Source: Candidatus Gastranaerophilales bacterium
GTDB lineage: Bacteria > Cyanobacteriota > Vampirovibrionia > Gastranaerophilales > Gastranaerophilaceae
Reading direction: 5' to 3'
DNA length: 61,729 nucleotides
NCBI GenBank assembly: GCA_944325675.1
Contig: CALVAZ010000022.1
Coordinates: 1 to 61,729 of the forward strand
The stretch's first letter is position 1. The number at the start of each line of letters is the position of its first letter. A program made the translations under genes and the position numbers. Positions 8,369-17,141 of the stretch are shown piece by piece. A model generated the notes under the pieces. The model ran no database searches. It saw only the letters and a program-made list of their open reading frames with translations, and had not been told where the DNA came from.

Positions 8369-8386
8369 TTTACATTTTGTAACATT
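8369..8386 (+). promoter_or_regulatory. HLR1-like (RpaB-box-like) direct repeat, one mismatch
   Basis: TTTACATT-tt-GTAACATT versus the consensus (G/T)TTACA(T/A)(T/A)-NN-(G/T)TTACA(T/A)(T/A). Lies about 50-70 nt upstream of the TSS predicted for the 8403..8431 promoter. Confidence 0.3.
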
Positions 8387-8402
8387 CTTTTTTTTAACAT
8401 AT

Positions 8403-8431
8403 TTGCCATTGCACTAAGATAATTGTATTAT
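8403..8431 (+). promoter_or_regulatory. Sigma70-type promoter upstream of the TPR gene 8448..9494
   Basis: TTGCCA (8403-8408), 17 nt spacer, TATTAT (8426-8431); GAGG RBS before ATG 8448. Confidence 0.4.
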
Positions 8432-8447
8432 TTAGGTTAGAGGTAAA

Positions 8448-9494
8448 ATGTTAAAGATAAAAGTTTATAAATTATTTTTAGTAATTATTGCAGCAGCAGC
8501 CATTGCTATTGTGTTTTTTAATCAGGCTTGGTTTTTAAAACAGTACGATAAGCTTACAAGTATATACTACATTCATAAAGGTGACAAAGCTTTTTCAAAG
8601 CTTAAATTACAAAAAGCTATTGATTATTATAATACTGCCCTCAAGCTATTTCCGGAACATTATAGTGCATGGTTCAATTTAGGAAATATTTATGTTGTTT
8701 ATGAGGATTACTACTCCGCAGTTGACGCTTATGAACAGGCTTTTACATATAATCCTAAAATGATGATTGCACGTATGAACTATGGTATTGTTTCAGCGGA
8801 AAAACTTGGAGATTTTGACGGTGCAATTGATCAGTACAATGAAATTATAAATACGAAGCGTCATCTTATTTCAATTCCTTTTGTTTACAGTAACAGAAAA
8901 AGTTATAAAGCTAATAAAGGAATAGCATATTATAATATGGGGATAGCATACCGCCAAAAGTCACTATATGCAGGTGATGATTGGAGATTACAGCGTCAGT
9001 ATCTTGAAAAAGCTCTTGATGCTTATAAAAAGTCGGTCAAGATTTTAAAGAAAGATTATGATGCAAGATATAATTTGGCGCTGGTGTATCATCTTTTAGG
9101 CGATTACAACAATGCCGGATTAACTTATTGTAAAGCAATTCAGATTGACCCTATGAATTACGAGGCGCATTATAATCTTGCAATTCTTTTGAGACATATG
9201 AAGTACTATAAAGAAGCATTGGATGAATTAGAAAAGGCGACTGCATTGATTACTGATAGTCAAGGTAATTCTAATCGTCAAAGATATGTTTTTGATGTTT
9301 TAAATGATGTTACAAGAACAATTTTGTATAATAAAGAGGACCAGCTTGTTGATAAACTTGGTGATACCGTTGTGAATTATGGTTCTTTGACTTATGTGAA
9401 CGGGAAATTGGTTTCATCGGAAGAATTGGACAAGGCTATTGAAAAGAATTTCCGCACTTGCGGCTCCAAAAAAATATTTTTAGACGAAGATTAA
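8448..9494 (+). CDS. Membrane-anchored TPR-repeat protein
   Basis: N-terminal TM segment LFLVIIAAAAIAIVFF followed by multiple TPR units (AWFNLGNIYVVYEDYYSAVDAYEQAFTYNP, ARYNLALVYHLLGDYNNAGLTYCKAIQIDP, AHYNLAILL...). Confidence 0.75.
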   Translation: MLKIKVYKLFLVIIAAAAIAIVFFNQAWFLKQYDKLTSIYYIHKGDKAFSKLKLQKAIDYYNTALKLFPEHYSAWFNLGNIYVVYEDYYSAVDAYEQAFTYNPKMMIARMNYGIVSAEKLGDFDGAIDQYNEIINTKRHLISIPFVYSNRKSYKANKGIAYYNMGIAYRQKSLYAGDDWRLQRQYLEKALDAYKKSVKILKKDYDARYNLALVYHLLGDYNNAGLTYCKAIQIDPMNYEAHYNLAILLRHMKYYKEALDELEKATALITDSQGNSNRQRYVFDVLNDVTRTILYNKEDQLVDKLGDTVVNYGSLTYVNGKLVSSEELDKAIEKNFRTCGSKKIFLDED

Positions 9495-10333
9495 CCCTTT
9501 ACTGCACCTTCGTTTTCGCCTGAAATAAAATACTTTTGCATTGCTAAGAAAAATATTATTATAGGAATTATCGAAATAATTGAACCGGCCGCAATAAACC
9601 TCCAATTTGAGCTGAACATTCCCTGCAAATTATTTACGCCGACGGGAAGTGTATATAAACTTTCCTTTGTTAAAACGATACTCGGCCAAAGAAATTCACC
9701 CCAAGAGCCGATAAATGTAAATATTGCCAGTACAGCCAAAGAGGGTTTTACCATAGGCAAAAGAACTCTCCAAAATATTTGAAAAACATTGCAGCCGTCA
9801 ACTATTGCCGCTTCCTCCATTTCTCTCGGAATCCCCAAAAATGCCTGTCGCATTAAAAATATTCCGAACGCGCTCACGGCAAAAGGCATTATAAGACCTA
9901 TGTATCCTGCAGTATTGTTTACTGTATCTATCAAATGAAGTTTTATCGTAATCAGATAAACCGGAAGCATTATTGCCTGAAAAGGTATCATAATCGTTGC
10001 TAAAATTGCAAAAAAAGTTATCTTTTTGCCTCGAAATTCCATTCTTGCAAGCGGATATGCCGCAAGTGACGATAATATCAGATTTAGGATTACAGTCCCT
10101 GCCGCAACTATCATACTGTTTATGAAATATCCCAAAAGGTTCACTCTATTCCACACCCCTGCATAGTTTTCCAAGGTAAAGTCCTGCGGAATTAACACTG
10201 GCGGATATGCAAAAATATTTTCCCCCGCACCTTTCAGTGATGTTGAAATCAGCCATAAAAAAGGAAAAATTGATAATATGGATACCAATATTAATATTGA
10301 GTGTGTACCTATTTTACCTAATATTTTTTTCAT
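9491..10333 (-). CDS. Carbohydrate ABC transporter permease (MalG/UgpE-like)
   Basis: Six hydrophobic segments and the EAA loop REMEEAAIVDGCNVFQIFWRVLLP. Confidence 0.85.
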   Translation of the reverse strand: MKKILGKIGTHSILILVSILSIFPFLWLISTSLKGAGENIFAYPPVLIPQDFTLENYAGVWNRVNLLGYFINSMIVAAGTVILNLILSSLAAYPLARMEFRGKKITFFAILATIMIPFQAIMLPVYLITIKLHLIDTVNNTAGYIGLIMPFAVSAFGIFLMRQAFLGIPREMEEAAIVDGCNVFQIFWRVLLPMVKPSLAVLAIFTFIGSWGEFLWPSIVLTKESLYTLPVGVNNLQGMFSSNWRFIAAGSIISIIPIIIFFLAMQKYFISGENEGAVKG

Positions 10334-11202
10334 AATCGGTATTTATTCCTTTCAAAACACAGGATATTTATAAGTGAAAATATCATAACAATTATAAGTA
10401 AAACCACAGCCATGGCCGATGCGTATCCTAAATCAAGATTTTCGAAGGCTCTTTCATATATGTAGTATACAATCGTTTTGCTTGAATTCAGAGGTCCGCC
10501 CTTTGTCATAACATAAATTTCAGCAAATACTTTCATTGCTGAAATTGAGCTTATTGTAACAACCAGCGCAATTGTCGGCATAATATAAGGCACTGTTACG
10601 TTTAGATGTTTTGTTAAAAAATTTGCACCGTCTATATCGCAGGCTTCGTATAATTCTTTGGGTACACTCATTAATGCTGCAAGGTATATCATCATGTAAT
10701 ACCCGATACCCTTCCAGATGGTTACTATTATGACCGAATATATCGCCCATTTTGGGTCTGTCAGCCACCCGATTGAAGGAAATCCGAGACTTTGGCATAC
10801 ATAATTTAAAATTCCCTGATCCGCATAGAGCCACTTGAAAGCAATTGCAGCTACTACTATGGAAACAATAACCGGCAGATATATGAGTATTTTATATAAA
10901 GTTATGCCCCTGATTTGCTGGTTTAGTAATACAGCCAAAAACAACGGAATTGTTGCAAGTATTGGAACTGCAACAATGAGATATATAAATGTATTGAGCA
11001 ATACCTTATAAAAAATCGGATTCTTAAAAAGTTCTATATAATTTTGTAGCCCTACATATGATGCGTTGTAAATATCGTTAGAATAATCTTGAAAGCTTAG
11101 AACTATCGTTTGGAAAAACGGTATAAAGAAAAATACGACAAGCAGCAGCACTGCGGGAAGCAAAAATAAGTATGGTACATATTTGCCGTAATACTTAAAC
11201 AT
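10330..11202 (-). CDS. Carbohydrate ABC transporter permease (MalF/UgpA-like)
   Basis: EAA loop KELYEACDIDGANFLTKHLNVTVP. ATGA overlap with the downstream permease. Confidence 0.85.
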   Translation of the reverse strand: MFKYYGKYVPYLFLLPAVLLLVVFFFIPFFQTIVLSFQDYSNDIYNASYVGLQNYIELFKNPIFYKVLLNTFIYLIVAVPILATIPLFLAVLLNQQIRGITLYKILIYLPVIVSIVVAAIAFKWLYADQGILNYVCQSLGFPSIGWLTDPKWAIYSVIIVTIWKGIGYYMMIYLAALMSVPKELYEACDIDGANFLTKHLNVTVPYIMPTIALVVTISSISAMKVFAEIYVMTKGGPLNSSKTIVYYIYERAFENLDLGYASAMAVVLLIIVMIFSLINILCFERNKYRL

Positions 11203-11236
11203 AAAGTCATTATATCACAAATTTGTGTCTGTATAA

Positions 11237-12100
11237 TCAACTTTTCATTGTTAAAGTATCCATTTTAGCATTTTCCACTACACGTTTGCTTACCGAATCA
11301 AGCAAAAAACGGTGCATTTTAGTTTTTATCTTTGAACCTGTTATAATCAAATCTATATTTTTTTCCTTTGCATAGTTTAAAATGCTCTGAGCCGGAATCC
11401 CTTCTATAATCCTGCTTTGTTTTACTTCAATTTTGTACTTATCAAACAGAGCCAGTATTGTTTTTATGGCGTTGTCAGAATAAATTTGTTGTTGAGTTTT
11501 AATTGCCATCATCCAGTTGGGGTCTAGTGTACCTTCTAAAAACAAAAGGTCGGGGTTTTCTGTAACCGTACAAGCATAGACGTTTTTGTCTTGGAGATTT
11601 AACATGTTAATTGCCTTTTCTGCAGCATCAAGAGATTCTTCTGACCCGTCTGTTGCAAAAAGTACGTTTTGCGTGTTTGTATGTTTTTTCGATATGTACG
11701 TCGGTATTTGTGATGCCTCAAGGACTTCTCTTGATACAGAACCGAGCCAGATTTGAAGTCCTTTTTTGCCATGTGAACCCATAACTATTGTATCGTAAGA
11801 TTCGTTATCTAATTGTTCAAGTATACTTTCGACTGCAGAACCGCATTGTTTTATCTTCTCTCCTGCGATGAAGCCAATTGATTTGATTTCTTTTTCGGAA
11901 TATTCAAGTATGCTGTCTGCTACATTTCTGCAGCTGTTTACAAATTCACTTCCGTCTATTATCGTTTCATCAGGCAGAAAACTCCAGTCTATTACGCATA
12001 TTGTGTCTACGATTATATCTTCTTTTTTTACCCAGTGTGAATAGTTCCTTATGGCGTTAAAACTTATTTGCGAGCCATCTGTGCAAAATAATATTTTCAT
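11237..12100 (-). CDS. Universal stress protein, tandem Usp domains
   Basis: Two Usp-like halves (MKILFCTDGS...IVMGSHGKKGL..LGSVSREV and NVLFATDGS...IITGSK...LLDSVSKRV). AAGGAGA RBS. Confidence 0.8.
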   Translation of the reverse strand: MKILFCTDGSQISFNAIRNYSHWVKKEDIIVDTICVIDWSFLPDETIIDGSEFVNSCRNVADSILEYSEKEIKSIGFIAGEKIKQCGSAVESILEQLDNESYDTIVMGSHGKKGLQIWLGSVSREVLEASQIPTYISKKHTNTQNVLFATDGSEESLDAAEKAINMLNLQDKNVYACTVTENPDLLFLEGTLDPNWMMAIKTQQQIYSDNAIKTILALFDKYKIEVKQSRIIEGIPAQSILNYAKEKNIDLIITGSKIKTKMHRFLLDSVSKRVVENAKMDTLTMKS

Positions 12101-12216
12101 AGTTTAGGTTCTCCTTTTTGTTTAATATAAGTTATGTTAAGCAAAATTACATCCTCTTGTCCGCTATATTTTTTTCTGATATTATGTTCTTGTAAATTTA
12201 TGTTAGGGATTGATCC

Positions 12217-12822
12217 ATGCCGGCAAAGCCAAAAGTTAACTTAAGGGATTATAAAGATTTAATTGAAATGATTGCAAAGGTGGAGTATCAAAAGTTCTCT
12301 GTATCACACCTTATTGAGTTGCCCGAGTTGATTAATATCGGTAATCATACCCTATATATTTTGTTTAAAAATAATAATCCTGAAAATTTCAATAACACTT
12401 ACTTATCTACGGCTATAAAGTGGGCTATAAGAAATGAAGTCAGAAGACGTTATAAATGGTATTCTCTCAAAAATAAAAAGCAGACGGAAGAAGAATATGA
12501 TACAAATTTGAGAGAAGAAGTTTACAAGACGATTTTGTCTATTGATGAAATGCAGGATGCTGAAGTTCCTACTCAGATTAAATCTCAGGATAGAAATCCC
12601 GAGGAGACGATTGAGTTTTTTGAACTTAAAAAAGAAATTATGGAATCTATTAAAAAACTTTCGGAACGTGAGAGAGAATTGATAGAGTATAAATTTTTCA
12701 AAGAAAAAAAATTGAGAGAAATATCGGAGGAGTTTAATATTTCACAATCGAGAATTTCACGTATTATTCAAGCAGGTTTGGATAAGATTAAAAAAGATTT
12801 GGCTAGACAGGGGATTATTTAA
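12217..12822 (+). CDS. Sigma-70 family RNA polymerase sigma factor (short; alternative-sigma type)
   Basis: Region 2-like YLSTAIKWAIRNEVRR and region 4 HTH LSERERELIEYKFF..KLREISEEFNISQSRISRIIQAGLDKIK. Confidence 0.75.
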   Translation: MPAKPKVNLRDYKDLIEMIAKVEYQKFSVSHLIELPELINIGNHTLYILFKNNNPENFNNTYLSTAIKWAIRNEVRRRYKWYSLKNKKQTEEEYDTNLREEVYKTILSIDEMQDAEVPTQIKSQDRNPEETIEFFELKKEIMESIKKLSERERELIEYKFFKEKKLREISEEFNISQSRISRIIQAGLDKIKKDLARQGII

Positions 12823-14249
12823 TGAAAACTATATTTGAAAAGTCAAACGGGGTTGACGGGATTAATTTGACCGATGAAAAAATTGATCTGTCATTTCTAA
12901 AAAATTGTAATTTAAGAGAAGATAAAGTGGGTTTGCCGCAAATCGGTGAACTTGAGGTCATGCGCCATTATAAGGAACTTTCTGACAGAAATTTTTGTAT
13001 AGAAAAAGGGTTCTATCCTCTGGGTTCTTGTACAATGAAATACAACCCGAAGGTCAATGAATTTTTGGCATCGTTGGAAAATTTTGCTAATCTTCACCCC
13101 TTGGCGGATGATGGAAGCTCCCAAGGCGCGCTTGAATTGATGTATAATCTCCAAGAAGCTCTAAAGGTTTTGACAGGAATGGATGCGGTTACACTTCAAC
13201 CTTCTGCCGGTGCTCATGGTGAATTGACCGGCATGATGATTATTAAAAAGTATTTTGAAGTGAAAGGCGAAAAACGCAACAAGGTAATCATTCCGGATTC
13301 TGCACACGGTACAAACCCTGCAAGTGCCAAGATGTGCGGGTTTGATATTGTAGAAATTAAATCAAATGAAAAAGGACAGGTTGACATAGACGCTCTCAAG
13401 GCTGTTTTGGATAGTAATGTCGCAGCGATTATGATGACAAACCCTAATACCTTAGGAATTTATGAAGAAAATGTTCTTGAAATTTCTGATTTAATGCACA
13501 AAAACGGGTCACTTTTATATTATGACGGTGCAAATTTCAATGCAATTATGGGCTACACAAACCCTAAACTTATGGGTTTTGATGTTGTTCATTTAAACTT
13601 GCACAAAACTATGGCAACGCCTCACGGCGGAGGCGGGCCTGGGGCTGGACCTGTTTGTGTTGTTAAAGAGCTTAAGGATTTATTGCCCGCGCCTGTTATT
13701 GATTTTGACGGTGAAAAATATTTCAGAAATTATGATTTAAAACACTCTATAGGCTCAGTTAAGGCTTTTTATGGAAACTTCGGGGTACTTGTAAAGGCTT
13801 ATGCCTTTATTTTAATGATGGGTAAAAATCTCAAAAATGCTTCTGAAAATGCAGTTTTGAATGCTAACTATTTAAAAGAAAAACTGAAAAAGTATTATGA
13901 TTTACCTTATGATGAACCTTGTATGCATGAATTTGTTTTGTCAGGAGAAAAACAAAAACATGAATCAGGTGTTTCTACCTTGAATATTGCAAAGGCTCTT
14001 ATGGATGAAAATACTCATCCGCCAACGGTTTATTTCCCTTTGATTGTTCATGAGGCCATAATGATTGAACCTACTGAATCTGAAACAAAGGAAAAAATGG
14101 ATGAGTTTGTTGCAACAATGATTAAAATTGCCGAGGAGGCGAAGATTAATCCGGAAAAACTAATCTCTGCACCTCATTCAACTCCGGTAAAACGTGTTGA
14201 TGAAACTCTTGCAGCAAGACACCCTGACTTGAAATTTACGGAACTATAA
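12822..14249 (+). CDS. gcvPB: Glycine dehydrogenase (aminomethyl-transferring) subunit 2
   Basis: LGSCTMKYNPK, PDSAHGTNPASA and HLNLHKT (PLP lysine) motifs. The ATG overlaps the sigma factor stop (TAATG). Confidence 0.95.
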   Translation: MKTIFEKSNGVDGINLTDEKIDLSFLKNCNLREDKVGLPQIGELEVMRHYKELSDRNFCIEKGFYPLGSCTMKYNPKVNEFLASLENFANLHPLADDGSSQGALELMYNLQEALKVLTGMDAVTLQPSAGAHGELTGMMIIKKYFEVKGEKRNKVIIPDSAHGTNPASAKMCGFDIVEIKSNEKGQVDIDALKAVLDSNVAAIMMTNPNTLGIYEENVLEISDLMHKNGSLLYYDGANFNAIMGYTNPKLMGFDVVHLNLHKTMATPHGGGGPGAGPVCVVKELKDLLPAPVIDFDGEKYFRNYDLKHSIGSVKAFYGNFGVLVKAYAFILMMGKNLKNASENAVLNANYLKEKLKKYYDLPYDEPCMHEFVLSGEKQKHESGVSTLNIAKALMDENTHPPTVYFPLIVHEAIMIEPTESETKEKMDEFVATMIKIAEEAKINPEKLISAPHSTPVKRVDETLAARHPDLKFTEL

Positions 14250-14250
14250 T

Positions 14251-15396
14251 ATGGAAAAAGAAAAGAAAAGATTAAAAAAAGTAGCATTTCCCCATATGGG
14301 ATTAATATATGTGGCTTGGTCTGCGGCACTCAGAAAGGTTGGTTTGGAACCTTATGTTCCGCCGTATACCAGCAAAAAAACGTTGTCATTGGGTACAAAG
14401 CATTCTCCTGAAGCTATTTGCCTGCCTTATAAGTTAATTTTAGGTAATTTTTTAGAGGCACTTGATGGCGGTACTGATTATGTTGCAATGATTACCTCAC
14501 CAGGTATTTGCAGACTTGGTGAATACGGCAAATGTATTCAAAATGCTTTGCATGATTTGGGTTATGATGCAAGATATATTGAATTGCAGCTTTATGACGG
14601 TATTGAAGGTATGTATAGATTTTTGCGTCAGATTACCGGCAAAAACAGGCCTTTGATGTTCATTAATGCTATTGTAACTGCTATCAGAAAAGTATTTTTG
14701 GTAGATGATTTGGAAACTAAGCTGGCATATTTGAGGGCAAGAGAGATTAATCAAGGTGATGCCGAAAAAGCTTTCAATAAAGCGCTTAAGATTGTGGACG
14801 AGGAGGATTCTTTCTGGAAACTCCGCAGGGCTAAAAAACAGGCTTTTACGATTATGGATAAGGTCAAGATTGATTCCAAAAAAGAAGTTTTGTATGTTGA
14901 TATTACCGGTGAAATTTTCCTTGTTTGTGATCCTTTTTCTAACCAAAATATAGAAAAAGAATTAGGCAAGATGGGTGTTCAGGTAAGAAAAAGTCTTACT
15001 GTAAGCAGCTTTTTAAAAGATGCCATTATCCCTAAGATGTTCAGAAAAGGTGAAACTCACCTTCAGCGTGCAAATAGGCTTGCCAAACCTTATCTGATGC
15101 GTGATATAGGCGGCGATGCTTTGGAATGTGTTTCTGATGTTGCTTACGCCAATGAAAGAGGGGTTGACGGAATTATTCATATCAGTCCGTTTACGTGTAT
15201 GCCTGAGATTATGTCTCAAAATATTTTCCCTGCTATGCGTGAAAATTGTGAAATCCCGATTTTGCCTTTGATTATGGATGAACAAACAGGTAAGGCAGGT
15301 TATTTAACTCGTCTTGAGGCTTTTGTTGATTTAATGAGGCGCAGAAAACGTAAAAAAACTATCGAACAAAAACAATTAAGTAGTTCGGCAATATAA
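14251..15396 (+). CDS. DUF2229-type protein (CoA-enzyme-activase-associated / 2-hydroxyacyl-CoA dehydratase-like half)
   Basis: EAICLPYKLILGN, ISPFTCMPE and the DEQTGKAGYLTRLEAFVD tail are typical, from memory, of the uncharacterised domain fused to BcrAD/BadFG activases. Paralogous tail to 41876..42952. Confidence 0.55.
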   Translation: MEKEKKRLKKVAFPHMGLIYVAWSAALRKVGLEPYVPPYTSKKTLSLGTKHSPEAICLPYKLILGNFLEALDGGTDYVAMITSPGICRLGEYGKCIQNALHDLGYDARYIELQLYDGIEGMYRFLRQITGKNRPLMFINAIVTAIRKVFLVDDLETKLAYLRAREINQGDAEKAFNKALKIVDEEDSFWKLRRAKKQAFTIMDKVKIDSKKEVLYVDITGEIFLVCDPFSNQNIEKELGKMGVQVRKSLTVSSFLKDAIIPKMFRKGETHLQRANRLAKPYLMRDIGGDALECVSDVAYANERGVDGIIHISPFTCMPEIMSQNIFPAMRENCEIPILPLIMDEQTGKAGYLTRLEAFVDLMRRRKRKKTIEQKQLSSSAI

Positions 15397-15420
15397 ATAT
15401 TTGATATTTGAGGTATAAAA

Positions 15421-16251
15421 ATGAGTATGGGCAAACTTTTCAAAGATACGGTGAAAGTTACCAATGAAAATATAATATTAGCGACACCATTGGTCGTTTT
15501 TATGTGGATTTTAACGTTGTATGTTTCTTTTTCGCATAAAACGGTTAATTCAATGCCGCTTTTAGTTTTGTCCTCTGTGACTGTTATAGTTATGACGGCT
15601 GCTTTTATGGGTGGCTGGTTTTATATGGTTAAAAAAGCGGTGAAACTCTCTAAGCAGGTTTTTGTGTTGGATGCTGACCGTGCAAAAGCTACCTTTAATT
15701 TGATAAAATATATCCCGTCAGGAATTGGAAAGTATTTTTTACCATATTTAGGGATGATTGTTGTTTCATTGTTTATACTTGTGGTTGTCGGTGCAGGTGT
15801 TTTTCAGTTAGGCATGCATTTGATTGGCGGTCTGGATTTGGATCCGACTCAAGTAAAAGATGTTTTGTCATCAACTGCTGATATGAAGGCTTTTTTGGAT
15901 TCACTTTCGTTCGAGCAGCTTATAAAGCTTAATAATTGGAATATGCTTTTTCTCGCTGCAACTACGATTATGTCTTTTTTACTTATGCTTTGGATTCCTG
16001 AAATTGTTTTTAAAACGGCAAATCCTTTTAAGGCTCTGTTTTATTCCGTAAGAAAAGTTTTTGAAAAACTCGGGAAGTCTGTTAAATTATTCGTATTTAT
16101 GACTGTGTTAAATTTTGTGCTTTCTTTTATAAATACTTTTTCTATTATAAATCCGTTTTTGTATTTTATAATGCTTGTGGTTTATTTCTATTTCTTAGTG
16201 TATGTGGTTATGTTAATATTCTTGTATTATGACAGAGAATTTGGAGAATAA
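15421..16251 (+). CDS. Polytopic membrane protein, unknown function
   Basis: Six or more hydrophobic segments; GAGG RBS; no recognisable motif. Confidence 0.6.
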   Translation: MSMGKLFKDTVKVTNENIILATPLVVFMWILTLYVSFSHKTVNSMPLLVLSSVTVIVMTAAFMGGWFYMVKKAVKLSKQVFVLDADRAKATFNLIKYIPSGIGKYFLPYLGMIVVSLFILVVVGAGVFQLGMHLIGGLDLDPTQVKDVLSSTADMKAFLDSLSFEQLIKLNNWNMLFLAATTIMSFLLMLWIPEIVFKTANPFKALFYSVRKVFEKLGKSVKLFVFMTVLNFVLSFINTFSIINPFLYFIMLVVYFYFLVYVVMLIFLYYDREFGE

Positions 16252-17101
16252 GGTTATTGCAGTTGTGGGTCCTACCGCAAGCGGTAAGACATCCTTCGCC
16301 ATAGAATTGGCTAAGAAATATGGCGGCGAAATTGTTTCGGCTGATTCAAGACTTGTGTATAAAGGATTTGATATAGGAACTGCAAAGCCTACTATGGACG
16401 AGCGTTCGGGTATTCCTCATTATATGATTGATATTGTTGAGCCTGAGGAGGATTATTCTGTCGGATTATACGCGGATGAGGCAAAAAAAATAATAAGAGA
16501 TATCCTTTCAAGAGGAAAAGTTCCGGTTGTTGTCGGCGGTACGGGGCTTTATCTGAATGTTTTACTTATGAATTATGATCTTCCGAGAGTTGAGCCTGAT
16601 TATGAATTAAGGGAAAGATTAAGGAATTCTGATAATTTGTACGAAATTTTAGCGGATTTGGATATTGAAACTGCTCGAAGTATTGACAAAAATGATACGA
16701 AAAAACTTATAAGAGCAATTGAGATTATAAAATCAACGGGTTTGCCGCTTTCTAAGTCGCGTGGAATTAAATCTGAAGAGTTTAACGTTGAATGGGTTGG
16801 GTTAAATTTCCCAAGAGAGGTTCTTTATTCAAGAATTAACGAACGTGTGGATATGATGATTAAAAACGGTCTTATTGAGGAGACTGAATATTTGTTGAAT
16901 AAACATGGCAGAATAAATAATTTGCTTTATACAATAGGTTATCAGGAAATGATAGCGTATCTTGACGGGGTATTGACATTGGATGATGCTGTCGATAAAC
17001 TTAAGCAAAATACTCGGCGTTACGCCAAAAGACAGCTTACTTGGTTTAGGAAAAATCCTGCTATAAAGTGGAATTTTTATCCTGAAAAGTTGAAAAAATA
17101 A
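16229..17101 (+). CDS. miaA: tRNA dimethylallyltransferase
   Basis: P-loop GPTASGKT, SADSRLVYKGFDIGTAKP, GGTGLY and YAKRQLTWFR. Confidence 0.95.
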   Translation: MTENLENKVIAVVGPTASGKTSFAIELAKKYGGEIVSADSRLVYKGFDIGTAKPTMDERSGIPHYMIDIVEPEEDYSVGLYADEAKKIIRDILSRGKVPVVVGGTGLYLNVLLMNYDLPRVEPDYELRERLRNSDNLYEILADLDIETARSIDKNDTKKLIRAIEIIKSTGLPLSKSRGIKSEEFNVEWVGLNFPREVLYSRINERVDMMIKNGLIEETEYLLNKHGRINNLLYTIGYQEMIAYLDGVLTLDDAVDKLKQNTRRYAKRQLTWFRKNPAIKWNFYPEKLKK

Positions 17102-17141
17102 TTAAAATTTGATATCATTATTTAAAAAAGGGGTTGTGTTT

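Noticed and set aside
12191-12212. Another HLR1-like repeat just upstream of the sigma factor gene (minus strand CTAACATA-aa-TTTACAAG). Isolated TTTACA half-sites also occur upstream of the AAA+ gene (22986..22993), ribD/hydrolase (29768..29775), the atp/birA spacer and nifU.
   Set aside because: The repeat has three mismatches, and the others are single half-sites. That is expected by chance in AT-rich spacers, so it is not reported as a site.
12101-12216. Riboswitch leaders: glycine upstream of the sigma-gcvPB unit, FMN upstream of ribD (29763..29820), and purine upstream of purM (58043..58108).
   Set aside because: The spacers are only 58-116 bp, extremely AT-rich, and show none of the conserved stems or cores of these riboswitch classes.
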